A stretch of DNA of 64,000 bases, taken from positions 32,001-96,000 of the forward strand of contig CAVSHR010000006.1 in the NCBI GenBank assembly GCA_963727625.1, given 5' to 3'. The position numbers and the translations under genes were made by a program. Shown one piece after another: positions 43,138-53,109 of the stretch. The first letter of the stretch is position 1. The number at the start of each line of letters is the position of its first letter. Under the pieces are notes generated by a model that was given only the letters and a program-made list of their open reading frames with translations, was not told the DNA's origin and did not search any database. The DNA is from an uncultured delta proteobacterium (GTDB lineage: Bacteria > Desulfobacterota > Binatia > UBA9968).

Positions 43138-43524
43138 ATGAACCTAGCTGAACACGCAATTCCTGACTCCATGCGACATCGAGGATGCGGCATTCGCGCG
43201 GCATCGTATCCGGTGGGCCCGCAGTCTTGGCTTCCCGAAGCCTGTGTCTGGATGGAGACCGAGAACGGGTTACGCAAATTGTGGGTGCGCAGCTTTGCTC
43301 ACTGCTTCGACGCCGACAAGCTGATCTTTCCAAACAAATTAGATGCCGATAGTTGGGCGCTAGGCGCGGCGCGGGCGATCATCGATCGCGCGCTGGAGCA
43401 ATTTTCTGCCGCCGTTGTCCGCGCTACGGCAGAACCGGAGCGATCGCCCGACAGCAGGGGGCGCTTGGCGCGTTCCCCGATGCGGTTGTTAGACAGACTA
43501 AAGCACTTCCGCTCCTCGCATTAA
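43138..43524 (+). CDS. Hypothetical protein (paralog 2)
   Basis: Shares HRGCGIRAASY..GPQSW.PEACVW...RSFAHCF...NKL.AD.WA..AA.AIIDRAL with paralog 1. Confidence 0.8.
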   Translation: MNLAEHAIPDSMRHRGCGIRAASYPVGPQSWLPEACVWMETENGLRKLWVRSFAHCFDADKLIFPNKLDADSWALGAARAIIDRALEQFSAAVVRATAEPERSPDSRGRLARSPMRLLDRLKHFRSSH

Positions 43525-43662
43525 ATTCCAGTTTTCTTGAGATTAGAATCAGCTCTCCGAATTCACCTGCCGTGGCTCAACGGCCGAGGCTTGACAGGGT
43601 GGGGCGCCCTTTGTATTGAACAAGCACGGAGCGGCCGGGTTCAATTCAAGGGGGAGGACATT

Positions 43663-44653
43663 ATGGACTTGCAGGGTTTGAGTCTGTGGATGAAGGAACG
43701 AAACTTGAAGGGCCACTGGGAGCACTCGGATTGGTCGCAGACGGTGAAGCCCTATTTGTGGAAGGGAAAAGATATTTTCCAGGCGCTCGATTGGGCCGGC
43801 GAGGCGATCACCACCGGGGAAGCAGGGCGGCGCACGATCCAGATGCGCAATCCCGGTCTGTCGGCGGGCATGACCAACACCGTGCATATCTCGGTGCAAC
43901 TGGTTAAGCCCGGCGAAATCGCCGCGGCGCACCGCCACACGGCGGCGGCGACCCGCTTCATTGTCAAAGGCACGCCCAACGCGTACACCATCGTCGAAGG
44001 CGAGCGTTTCCCGATGTTCGAGGGCGATTTCATCACCACGCCGAACTGGACCTGGCACGATCATTTCAACAATTCGACCGAGCCGGTCATGTGGCTCGAT
44101 GGCCTGGACGTCCGTCTTGTGACTCACTTCGGCGCGATGATCCAGGAGAATTTTACGGCACAGCAGCAACCGGTCGAGAAGCCGGAAAGCTTTTCGTCGA
44201 AGATTTTCTCCCACGCGCGGCCGACCTGGATCAAGAATTCCTTCCAGGCGCCGCCCTATCGTTATCCTTGGGAAGAAACTAACACGGCCCTGCAGTCACT
44301 CAAGGAAAGCGCCGGTGACCCGTACGACGGGGTTATCTTGGAATATGCCAACCCGGTCGACGGCGGTCACACGCTGCCGACCTGTTCCTGCTCGATCCAA
44401 CTGTTTCGGCCGAAGGAAAAGACCAAGAGTCATCGACACACGAGCACGACGGTCTACTATGCCTTTCGCGGCAGCGGCATGACCAAAGTCTCGGCCAATG
44501 AATTCAGATGGGAGAAGAGCGATCATTTTCGTCGTGCCCTCCTGGCAGTGGCACTCGCATGAAAACACGACCGACGATGACGCTATTCTATTTTCGATTA
44601 ACGACCGGCCGTCCACCGAAGCGCTGGGGTTGTACCGGGAGCAAGCGGAGTAA
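43663..44653 (+). CDS. Bicupin ring-cleavage dioxygenase (gentisate 1,2-dioxygenase-like), +1 frameshift near 44524
   Basis: PGE.A.AHRHT..A.RF, TPNWTWHDH, WLDGLD, HRHT. The shifted frame continues IFVVPSWQWHSHEN...LGLYRE*. Confidence 0.88.
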
Positions 44654-44733
44654 AATAACTCGTGCTCGTGACGAATCGAGCTGTTTTGGAAATCCGGCGC
44701 CAGTCTTCGTCAGCCTAATGGTCTCGGCTCAGG

Positions 44734-46182
44734 CTAACACCACGATGAATTGAATCGTTGAATTACTTTGCCGTTTTCATTCCGCGGGAGATTTTTTTTA
44801 AATTCAATCTGACGCGGGCATTTATAGCTATCGAGCCGTTGCGAGCAATACTCGATAAGTTCATGTCGTTCAACCCTCCCCGCAGGGATCACCGCAGCCC
44901 CGACTGCCTCATCAATCTGTCCGGTTCGAATAGGGAAGACCGAAGCTTCTTTTACCTTCGGGTGGGTGCGCAGGATATTTTCTACCTCGGCCGCCTCAAC
45001 CCGGTTGCCGCCGACCTTGATGAATGAACTCTTTCGCCCGACGATAAATAGGTTTCCGTCCTTGTCGAGACGCCCCAGATCGCCCGTATAAATATAGCGT
45101 CCACGCCGGTGCGGGTGCTTGTGAAAAAACTTTTGCCATTTGGCCGCGAATTTCGAAACATTGAAAACGACTTCGCCGATCTGCCCGGGGGGCGTTGGCC
45201 TTTTGCGCTCGCTTAGGACCGCGACAGGGAAAGGACCGGAGACTTGACCGACGGCACCCGGGACTCCCGCGAAATTATAGGTAAACGCCGGAATGATCTG
45301 GGTCGCTCCATAGCGCTGACGAATCCAGATACCAAAGCGCTGGTGAAACCGGTCGTAGATGTATTTGGAAAGCGGTCCGCCCCCGGAGATACAAAGTCTA
45401 ATCGATGAAAAATCAACGGGGTGGGAAGCGGGAACGGCCGCCAGCAGCTCAAAGACCAAAGCGACGGCATAAAGAATTGTCACGCGTTCCTTCGCGATAG
45501 CGTCGATCGTCTTAAAGCGTTCAAAGCGCTCATGCACGACGACCTTACAACCTTTGACGAGCGGCACGATGACATGATTATTGATGCTCGAGCCGTTGTT
45601 GAATGGACGAATTGACAATAAGACGTCGTCGGAGGAGACTCCCAGCACGCTCGCTTTCAATTTCCCCCGTTCCAACAAAAGCTCCGCGGATTGGAAACAT
45701 ACCGCCGGCGTCCCGGTAGTGCCGGAGCTGAATACCGCGACGACCTGCTCTCGGCGCATAGCGCGCTTCTTAATAAACGGTTTTGTAAATTCCGGCACGC
45801 GCAGCCCGCTGTTTCGCTCACAAAGAATCGTGCCGCGGAGGGTGGGGCAGCTTTTCGAACAGCTGTCAACGAACTCACGGCTACCCACCGCGAGAACCGG
45901 ATGGGTCTCGAGAAACTGAGCCGGGAACTTTGCCGAGGGTAAAACAGGAATTACGGTTGCGCCGAGCGCGGCGGCGGCGTAAAAAAACGCATAAAATTCG
46001 GGCGAGGGAGGGATTCCGACGAGCAGCCGCTCTTCAATCCCAATACCAAGCTGCTGCAAGTAGGCGGCAATTGCGTCGACTTCGCGCCGAAGCTGCGCGA
46101 ACGTCAGAGAGCGTCGCTCTCCGACTACAGCGGTTTTGTCCGGGGTCTTCTTGGCTTGGTGAAGTAAAGCAGCGTAGAGCAC
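44734..46182 (-). CDS. Class I adenylate-forming enzyme (AMP-binding)
   Basis: FSSGTTG.P, SGGGPL, YGAT, YTGDLG, GR...IKVGG, LPRNENGKV. Confidence 0.88.
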   Translation of the reverse strand: MLYAALLHQAKKTPDKTAVVGERRSLTFAQLRREVDAIAAYLQQLGIGIEERLLVGIPPSPEFYAFFYAAAALGATVIPVLPSAKFPAQFLETHPVLAVGSREFVDSCSKSCPTLRGTILCERNSGLRVPEFTKPFIKKRAMRREQVVAVFSSGTTGTPAVCFQSAELLLERGKLKASVLGVSSDDVLLSIRPFNNGSSINNHVIVPLVKGCKVVVHERFERFKTIDAIAKERVTILYAVALVFELLAAVPASHPVDFSSIRLCISGGGPLSKYIYDRFHQRFGIWIRQRYGATQIIPAFTYNFAGVPGAVGQVSGPFPVAVLSERKRPTPPGQIGEVVFNVSKFAAKWQKFFHKHPHRRGRYIYTGDLGRLDKDGNLFIVGRKSSFIKVGGNRVEAAEVENILRTHPKVKEASVFPIRTGQIDEAVGAAVIPAGRVERHELIEYCSQRLDSYKCPRQIEFKKNLPRNENGKVIQRFNSSWC

Positions 46183-46376
46183 GATCGTTCAAGGTGGCGA
46201 TGGTTTTCAAGGATTAATACTGCATGTCGCGGCGCGTCAGTTCTGGAATTTATGCCCAAGCTGTGAAATATTCAATGGCCGTTACAACCTGTGCCATTTG
46301 ATTGAAACCGCCCTTGTTGGCCGTCGCGCAAGCGCTGCAATCCGGATTAGCATGGCTCGAATCAGTGAGGAGATGA

Positions 46377-47255
46377 GTGCATTTTTCGCTGATGTATCTC
46401 TGCCATAGAGCGCCGGTTCTACGCCATTTGGGAACGGTGCTTCCGTACCGCTGGTTTTTTCACTGGACTCGCTTTAGCGCTCTCGCGGCCTTTTATTTTT
46501 ATCCGCACCGGAAGCGGAGCGTAGAACCTTTGCTAAAAGCCGTCGGTACGAGCTGTCGGCGAGATGTCAGAGATTTTGCCAAGCGCTATCTGGTTTACCG
46601 GCGCTGGTTCAACGATTTGATCTACGCTTGGCCAAACTGGGCGGCGCGTTGCGAGGAATGGACTTTCGTCGACGGAGAAAATCATCTGGCAGCGGCTCTG
46701 GCGGGCGGTCAAGGCGCGATTCTTCTGACCGGCCATCAGTTTGGATACGAACGGTATGCAGCAGCCACGCTTGCGCAGAAAGGCTACAAGGTGAGCCGAA
46801 CCGGCACGGGGGCCGATCCTGAAAAACGCGTGTCGCGGTGGGGCAGAGGATCATTTAAAAGCTGGCGTTACCTCAACTATCATGGGGATTACTGGCACCA
46901 CATCCATGTCATGCGTGAACTTCGCCGCCGGCTGAAGCAAAATGGCATTGTTTTAATGTCGATCAGGGGCTTTCCGGCAGGTTCGCCGGATCTGGAAATC
47001 GATTTTTTCTGCGGGCGGTTCTTTCTGGATCCCTCAATCATCCGATTGATTGAGTCGGCAAAGGTTCCGGTGGTTCCGTATTTCGCGATATGCGACGACC
47101 ATGGAAATCTGCAAATAAAGTTGTCGCCCCCTTTGGCGCCTGAACGCACAGCAATCATGAAGGGATTTGGACAAGTCTATGCCGGTTATCTGCGGGACTA
47201 TCCTGAGTTTGCGCGTATTTGGAAAAGAGTCATCGGTCAAGAAAGCGAGTGGTAG
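46377..47255 (+). CDS. LpxL-type lysophospholipid acyltransferase family protein
   Basis: DGENHL.AAL..GQGAILLTGHQFGYE (Hx4E), FF, VPVVP, and C-terminal LRDYPE..W. Confidence 0.75.
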   Translation: MHFSLMYLCHRAPVLRHLGTVLPYRWFFHWTRFSALAAFYFYPHRKRSVEPLLKAVGTSCRRDVRDFAKRYLVYRRWFNDLIYAWPNWAARCEEWTFVDGENHLAAALAGGQGAILLTGHQFGYERYAAATLAQKGYKVSRTGTGADPEKRVSRWGRGSFKSWRYLNYHGDYWHHIHVMRELRRRLKQNGIVLMSIRGFPAGSPDLEIDFFCGRFFLDPSIIRLIESAKVPVVPYFAICDDHGNLQIKLSPPLAPERTAIMKGFGQVYAGYLRDYPEFARIWKRVIGQESEW

Positions 47256-47256
47256 C

Positions 47257-47517
47257 GTGACCCGAGCTCAAATAAAAAACAAATTGGAGAAACTCGTAGA
47301 AAAGTCCGAAGGACGTTCCAAAACGGAGTCCAAAGAGGAGGTGTTTCTCTTATTCGGCCAGGAGGGAACCTTTGATTCCGTGAGCGCGTTACAAATGGTT
47401 TTCGACGTTGAAGAAAATTTTAATATTGTCATCGAAGACAAGGAAATCCACCCGGACAACTTCCACAGCTTGGACGCATTGACCGATTTCATCCGGCGCA
47501 AAGTTTCCCAGGTTTGA
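47257..47517 (+). CDS. Acyl/aminoacyl carrier protein
   Basis: FDSVSALQMVFDVEENFNIVIED.EI..DNF.SLDAL, with the phosphopantetheine Ser. Starts 1 bp after the acyltransferase stop. Confidence 0.85.
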   Translation: MTRAQIKNKLEKLVEKSEGRSKTESKEEVFLLFGQEGTFDSVSALQMVFDVEENFNIVIEDKEIHPDNFHSLDALTDFIRRKVSQV

Positions 47518-47591
47518 GGGGGGACCGCTCCGAAGGCTCGTCACATGAGGCGCCGAGATCAACTACGATCGCTGCATCGGCAATCCGCGGC

Positions 47592-48596
47592 CTAAGGTAT
47601 TTTATAACCTAATTCCCTGGCGACTTCTTTCGCCAATCGGTCGTCGGCAATATCGCTAAACGCCGGCTTCTTATCGACGAAGCGACCGCGAGCATGGATC
47701 GATTTTACCAAGTTTTCGATGCCCGTCGGGGCCGGAACGCCGCTTTTGCTGAGGGTCTTCATGAATACGTCATAGGTCTTTGTAGCGATTTCTCGATCCA
47801 TTTTTAGGATTCGCATCATCAGCTCGACACTTTTCTCTTTTGATTTGCGGATCATGTCTTTAGCCGTTTGCAGCGCCCGGATAACGCGCTTCACCTTGTC
47901 CGGTTTGTTGTTGATATCTTTAGTCAGTGCGGTCAGACCGCCTCCGGGCATTTCCACCAACGAACCGATGTCCAGAATGTTGGCGAATCCCTTTTTTTCG
48001 GCGAAAAACATGACAGGCGGATTCAAAGACGCGGCGTCGACGAATCCAGTCTCGAGGGAGCGCAGCATCTCGGTCGGAGGAAGGGCGAGAATGTTGAAAT
48101 CCCTGGGAGTCAGGCCGAGCTTCTCCAGCGCGATAACGAGCGATACGTGGTTGGTTGCGCCCAGGCTGCCAGTGACGCCGATGTTTTTGCCCCTGAGCTC
48201 CTGCACCCTTTTAAATTTCGGATTCACCATCAGCGAATAAGAAACTCTCTCGGAAGAGAACCAAACTGCGCGCAAGGGCAGCCCGCCTAAAGTCGCGCTG
48301 ACCGATCCCGGTCCGACGCCGGCGACAAAGTCGATTTCTCCGGAAATCAGGGCCGGCGCGGATATCGCCGGCGAAATGAGAATGATTTCCGGATCGAATC
48401 CCTGCTCTTCAAAGAGCTTCCACTCCTTGGCGGCGATCAGCGGCAGCGCGGTCACGCTCAGGGAAGCATTTGCGATTCTAATTTTTTCCCTTGCCGGCTG
48501 AGCGGAGACGGGTCCGATGGCTGCGATCAGCGCCAGGACGGCGGCCGAGATGATGATGGCGCTCGAACGAGATTTCAAAAGGATCCTTCTAATCAT
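47592..48596 (-). CDS. ABC transporter substrate-binding protein (NitT/TauT-like)
   Basis: Signal peptide, ALISGEIDF, ELRGKNIGV; paralog of 50131-51129. Confidence 0.9.
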   Translation of the reverse strand: MIRRILLKSRSSAIIISAAVLALIAAIGPVSAQPAREKIRIANASLSVTALPLIAAKEWKLFEEQGFDPEIILISPAISAPALISGEIDFVAGVGPGSVSATLGGLPLRAVWFSSERVSYSLMVNPKFKRVQELRGKNIGVTGSLGATNHVSLVIALEKLGLTPRDFNILALPPTEMLRSLETGFVDAASLNPPVMFFAEKKGFANILDIGSLVEMPGGGLTALTKDINNKPDKVKRVIRALQTAKDMIRKSKEKSVELMMRILKMDREIATKTYDVFMKTLSKSGVPAPTGIENLVKSIHARGRFVDKKPAFSDIADDRLAKEVARELGYKIP

Positions 48597-48618
48597 TATT
48601 TCTCCTGATCAAAAGAGT

Positions 48619-50022
48619 CTATCTTTCCAGCGCAGACGTGGATGAGCTCTCTCCCGCCAAAATTCCAGTAACGGCGGCTTGCATCAAGCCGCCGGTGTAG
48701 CCGCCGCGGTAACCTCCCATCAAGCCGCCGATGGCGTCGCCGGCGGCGTAGAGACCCGCGATCGGTCGCTCCTCTTGATTCAAAGCTTCCGCTCGGCCGT
48801 TAATTAAGATCCCGCCCATGGTAAAGGTGATTCCTGGTATCACTTTTAAGCCGTAAATCGGTGCGCGCAAGACCTTCGGCGTGCCGGTCCGAGGTGCCGT
48901 CAGCGAATTGCCCGCGCCGGACTGCACGGCGTGATTGTACTGTCCGACGGTTTTCGTCAACGCTGCGGCATCGACGCCGATTGCCGCAGCCAGATCTTCG
49001 ATTGTCGGCGCGGTAAAAATTTCGCCGTCGTTGTCCATCAACCAGGGGTTGGGTGCCGGCGTTTTGACCGAATTGGCAAAGGCATCGTCTCTGGCGGCGT
49101 CCCAAGATTCTTGATCGAAGATCAGCGTGGCGCCGGTCACGTCTTCGGCGCGCGCCAACTCGTTGGCGACGGCGACATCGCCGCGCCCTTCGTCGACAAA
49201 TCGCTCGCCGTTGCGGTCGATCAGGAGCCCTTCGTCGATGAAGGAATCGAGTCTCGGGTACGGCCAGAAACGGTCGTCGACGAGCGCTTTGCGCGAGATC
49301 AGGTGGCCGTAGAAATATTGTAAATTAACCGCTTTGGCGCCGATCTGGAGCGCCATCCGCAAGCCGTCGCCGGTGCACTGCTTCGAACCGCGCAGCTTGC
49401 ACTGGTCGGCGTGCCGTCCGATGTACTGTCGCACCATATTCTTGTTGGCGCTGAAGCCGCCGGTGGAGAGGATCGTAGCGCGGCTGCGCAATTCGACCGC
49501 ATCGCCGGACTGGGTTCCGCCGACACCGCAGACACGCCCATTTTCAAGCAATAACTCCTGCGCTTCAACGTGGTTTAAATAATTTCCACCGAGTTGGACG
49601 AAGCGTTCCTTAAGTTTGGTCAGGGCGCGGGTGCCGACATCTTTCTTGTAAACTGGCGCAAGAGAGACTTCCCCGGACTGGTCGAGCCAGATTCGGCCGG
49701 GCGCGCTCTCCGTGATTTTGACGCCGGCGCCGATCAACCAATCGACTGCCCGGCCGCAAGTTGTCGACCAGGCCTTGACCAAATCCGGAGAGGCCACGCC
49801 TTCGGCCATGACAAAGTTATACAGCTCTCCCGGAGTCGTTCTCGGGCTTTTTCCTCCAGCACGCAAACTGCCTGAAGCCATCAGGACATTGCCGTCACCC
49901 AATGTGCCGGCGCTTTTATCGATCAAGACGACTTTTGCGCCTTGCTCGGCAGCGCGCACGGCGGCCGTGAAGCCGGCCAGGCCGGCGCCGACCACGAGAA
50001 TGTCGGAATCTATTGTATCCAT
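48619..50022 (-). CDS. FAD-dependent oxidoreductase (FAD_binding_2; flavocytochrome c / TcuA-like)
   Basis: VVGAGLAG, STGGF, TGDG, GERFVDE, TFTMGG, IAGLYAAG. Confidence 0.9.
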   Translation of the reverse strand: MDTIDSDILVVGAGLAGFTAAVRAAEQGAKVVLIDKSAGTLGDGNVLMASGSLRAGGKSPRTTPGELYNFVMAEGVASPDLVKAWSTTCGRAVDWLIGAGVKITESAPGRIWLDQSGEVSLAPVYKKDVGTRALTKLKERFVQLGGNYLNHVEAQELLLENGRVCGVGGTQSGDAVELRSRATILSTGGFSANKNMVRQYIGRHADQCKLRGSKQCTGDGLRMALQIGAKAVNLQYFYGHLISRKALVDDRFWPYPRLDSFIDEGLLIDRNGERFVDEGRGDVAVANELARAEDVTGATLIFDQESWDAARDDAFANSVKTPAPNPWLMDNDGEIFTAPTIEDLAAAIGVDAAALTKTVGQYNHAVQSGAGNSLTAPRTGTPKVLRAPIYGLKVIPGITFTMGGILINGRAEALNQEERPIAGLYAAGDAIGGLMGGYRGGYTGGLMQAAVTGILAGESSSTSALER

Positions 50023-50032
50023 TGTATTTCTG

Positions 50033-50106
50033 CCTTTGCGATCTTGCCGTCTTGGCGCGATAAAATATTCGGAATTCCTTTCGCAAAGGCGCAAAGCACG
50101 CCAAGC
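50033..50106. repeat. Intergenic CTTTGCG/CTTGGCG palindromic repeat
   Basis: gcctttgcgatcttgccgtcttggcg ... cgcaaaggcgcaaagcacgccaag. Confidence 0.6.
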
Positions 50107-50130
50107 CGTGATTATTTGCAAGCCTATCGG

Positions 50131-51129
50131 TTACGGCAGCTTGTACCCCAACTCTTTGGCTACCGCGGTTGCGAGCCGGTCATCGGCGATATCGGTAAAA
50201 ACGACTTTGCGGTCGACGTGACGGCCTTGCGATTGCACTGCCTTAACCAGAGTCTCCATGCCGACGCGGCTCGGAATGCCGGTCGGACTGAGCACCGCGA
50301 CAAACTCATCGTAGGTTTCCCTGGCGGCCTCCTTGTCCATTTTGAGCAGCTTGACGATCAGCTCGACGGTTTTAGGCTTAGATTTTTTGATTTCATCCTT
50401 GGCCATTTGGAGTGAGCGAATCACGCGTTTGGTTTCTGCGGGCCGCTCCTGAAGGGTCTTCACTAGCGTCGTAAGACCGCCGCCCGGCATGTCCACCGAC
50501 GCGCCGACGTCGTAGACCTTATTGAAGCCCTTTTTCTGCGCCCCGAAGGTCACCGGCGGCGACAGCAGCGCGGCGTCGACGTAGCCCGTCTCTAGGGAAT
50601 GAAACTGCTGGATCTGCTGCCCCGGAATCGACACCAGAACGAAATCTTTGGGATTGGCGCCGGCCTTTTCCATCGCCAGGTTGAAGGCGACATGAACAGT
50701 GCCGCCCAATCCGGTGATGGCGATTTTTTTTCCTTTCAGACTTTCCAGTGTCTTGTACTGCGGCTTGGCCATCAGCCAGTAGGAAATTTTGTCCGCGGAG
50801 AACCAGATCGCCCGGGTGGGAAAACCCCTGAGTGTGGCATTCACCGAAGCGGGACCAACACCAGCCTGATAATCGATGTCGCCTTGACTGAGGGCCGCCG
50901 GCACGATGGACGACTGCATCAGAATGATTTCCATGTCCAGCTTGTTGGCGCTGAATACGCCCCACTCCCTGGCGGCGAGCAGCGGCAAGGCGGTGATGGA
51001 AAAACTGGCGTTGGAGATTCTCAATTTGGTGCGCCGCTCTTGGGCCGACGAGTTTGGCGTCATCAAAAACGACATCACGAATGCGGCGATGGCCGATCGC
51101 ACGAAGGAGGCTCTCGTCAAGTATTTCAT
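50131..51129 (-). CDS. ABC transporter substrate-binding protein (NitT/TauT-like)
   Basis: Signal peptide, ALSQGDIDY, LKGKKIAI; C-terminus ADDRLA..VAKELGYK is shared with the 47592 gene. Confidence 0.9.
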   Translation of the reverse strand: MKYLTRASFVRSAIAAFVMSFLMTPNSSAQERRTKLRISNASFSITALPLLAAREWGVFSANKLDMEIILMQSSIVPAALSQGDIDYQAGVGPASVNATLRGFPTRAIWFSADKISYWLMAKPQYKTLESLKGKKIAITGLGGTVHVAFNLAMEKAGANPKDFVLVSIPGQQIQQFHSLETGYVDAALLSPPVTFGAQKKGFNKVYDVGASVDMPGGGLTTLVKTLQERPAETKRVIRSLQMAKDEIKKSKPKTVELIVKLLKMDKEAARETYDEFVAVLSPTGIPSRVGMETLVKAVQSQGRHVDRKVVFTDIADDRLATAVAKELGYKLP

Positions 51130-51261
51130 TCCATGGTACTCCCTTTGAATCTGTCTGCCTTAAACGGCGGGTACTTCTACTTACGCAATTTGCCGTTGCT
51201 TGACAACCTTTTCGTTCCTTGAAACTATCGCAAAAGTTTTTGTCGGCGGGACAACATTGAA

Positions 51262-53010
51262 ATGAAACCCAGCGCAACAGCGAGCGCGCCGAATCGCGCC
51301 GAGCTCGACCCGATCACGCTCGAAGTGATCCGCCACGGCATCATTTCGATCTGCGATCAGATCGACGCCAACATGACGCGCACCGCGTTCAGCCCGTATA
51401 TTTATGAATACAAAGACTACGCGGTGGGTTTCGTCGGCGCAATCGGCGAACTGCTGGCTCAATCCACCGGCGGTATGCCGGTGTTCGTCGCCGACTCGGT
51501 GGGTATGGCGGTGAAGGACGGCCTGGCGGTTTATGGCCGGGAGAATCTGCACGAAGGCGACGTAATCGTCTGCAACCACGCCGCGGTGCAGGGGCAACAC
51601 CTCAACAACACGGTCATGTACACGCCTGTGTTTGCCGGACCCAACGGCGATGAGTTGATCGGTTTCTTTTCCATTAACTGCCACTGGATCGACATTGGCG
51701 GCGGCGCCATCGGCTCGGTTTCCTATTCCTCAACCGATATTTTCATGGAAGGGCTGCAACTGCGCTCGATCAAACTCTGGTCCAAGGGCGAGCCGATCGA
51801 AGAAGTTTATCGGATCATCGAGAACAACACCCGCTTTCCCCTCGAGCTGCTCGGCGACATCGAAGCCCAGCTCGGCGGCTGTTTGCTCGGCCGCGACTTG
51901 ACGCAGGCCATGGCCGACAAGTACGGCACGGCGGTTTTTCTCGGCGCCCTCGACAGGATTCTCGACCAATGCGAGGCGGCGACGCGGGAAAAAATCCGGG
52001 CAATCCCCGACGGCGCCTATCAGCACGAAGCGTTTCTCGACAACGACGGGGTGCGCGACGAAAAGATTCCGATCAAGGTCAAAGTCATCGTCGACGACGA
52101 CGAGATGACGGTCGATTTCTCCGAGATGTCGGATCAGGTCAAAGGCTGTGTCAATTCGGGTTTCTACGGCGGCGGTCGGACCTGCGTGCGCGTCGCCTTC
52201 AAGTATCTGATCGCCACCGATGAGCCGGCCAACGAAGGAACCTTCCGGCCGGTCAAAATGATCCTGCCTGAAGGCAAGTTGATCAGCGCCGAAGCGACGG
52301 CCGCGATGGGGCTTTACAGCATTCCTTTCCCGACCGTCATCGACTGCATCATCAAAGCGTTGGAGCCGGCCTTGCCCGAGCGCGTCACCGGCGCGCACTT
52401 CGGGACGTTTTCTTCGTTGAGCTTCGCCGGCAAACGCATGGACACTGGCGCCGTGTTCAAAGCCAATGACAGCGGCCACGGCGGCTGGGGCGCGTGCGCG
52501 ACCCACGACGGCGCCGGGCCGTTTCGCACCATGGCGCACGGCGACACGCGCTTGATTCCCATCGAGTTGCAAGAGTCGATGTATCCGTTGCGCGTCGAAG
52601 AGTTCGGTTTGCGGCAGGATTCCGGTGGGCCGGGAAAATGGCGCGGCGGTCTGGGATTCGACAAACAATACGTGTTGCTCGCGCCGTGCGAGCTTTGGGC
52701 AAACTTCGACCGCATCGGCTGTCCGCCCTGGGGCGTGCGGGGAGGGAACTCAGGAAAATCCGGGCAAGTGCTCCTCTACAAGGACGGCAATGCAACGCCC
52801 GAGCTGATCTACAAGACGGAAAACCGCCAACTCGACGCCGGCGATCGCGTCCGCATGTCCACGGGGGGTGGCGGCGGCTACGGCCAGCCGCGCGAGCGCC
52901 CGGTAGAATTGGTCCAGCGCGATGTCATCCGCGGCTTCGTCTCGCGTGAAAGCGCGCGAGACGACTACGGCGTCGTGCTGGGCAGCGACGGCAAACCGCG
53001 CCGCCAATAA
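51262..53010 (+). CDS. Hydantoinase B / oxoprolinase family protein
   Basis: DPITLEVI, RTAFSP, HLNN, HWIDIGG, DSGGPGKWRGG, GGGGGYG.P.ER. Confidence 0.93.
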   Translation: MKPSATASAPNRAELDPITLEVIRHGIISICDQIDANMTRTAFSPYIYEYKDYAVGFVGAIGELLAQSTGGMPVFVADSVGMAVKDGLAVYGRENLHEGDVIVCNHAAVQGQHLNNTVMYTPVFAGPNGDELIGFFSINCHWIDIGGGAIGSVSYSSTDIFMEGLQLRSIKLWSKGEPIEEVYRIIENNTRFPLELLGDIEAQLGGCLLGRDLTQAMADKYGTAVFLGALDRILDQCEAATREKIRAIPDGAYQHEAFLDNDGVRDEKIPIKVKVIVDDDEMTVDFSEMSDQVKGCVNSGFYGGGRTCVRVAFKYLIATDEPANEGTFRPVKMILPEGKLISAEATAAMGLYSIPFPTVIDCIIKALEPALPERVTGAHFGTFSSLSFAGKRMDTGAVFKANDSGHGGWGACATHDGAGPFRTMAHGDTRLIPIELQESMYPLRVEEFGLRQDSGGPGKWRGGLGFDKQYVLLAPCELWANFDRIGCPPWGVRGGNSGKSGQVLLYKDGNATPELIYKTENRQLDAGDRVRMSTGGGGGYGQPRERPVELVQRDVIRGFVSRESARDDYGVVLGSDGKPRRQ

Positions 53011-53012
53011 CG

Positions 53013-53095
53013 CTCAAGGTTCAACGGCTTCAAAGTTCCACGTCAGAGAAAATGGCGGAGATTGTAAGCACCTTTGAACCGTTGAACTTTTGAAC
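53013..53095. repeat. TTCAA/TTGAAC inverted repeat element
   Basis: gttcaacggcttcaaagttc ... ctttgaaccgttgaacttttgaac; same family as 29689. Confidence 0.6.
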
Positions 53096-53109
53096 AGGAG
53101 TCATCTTCG

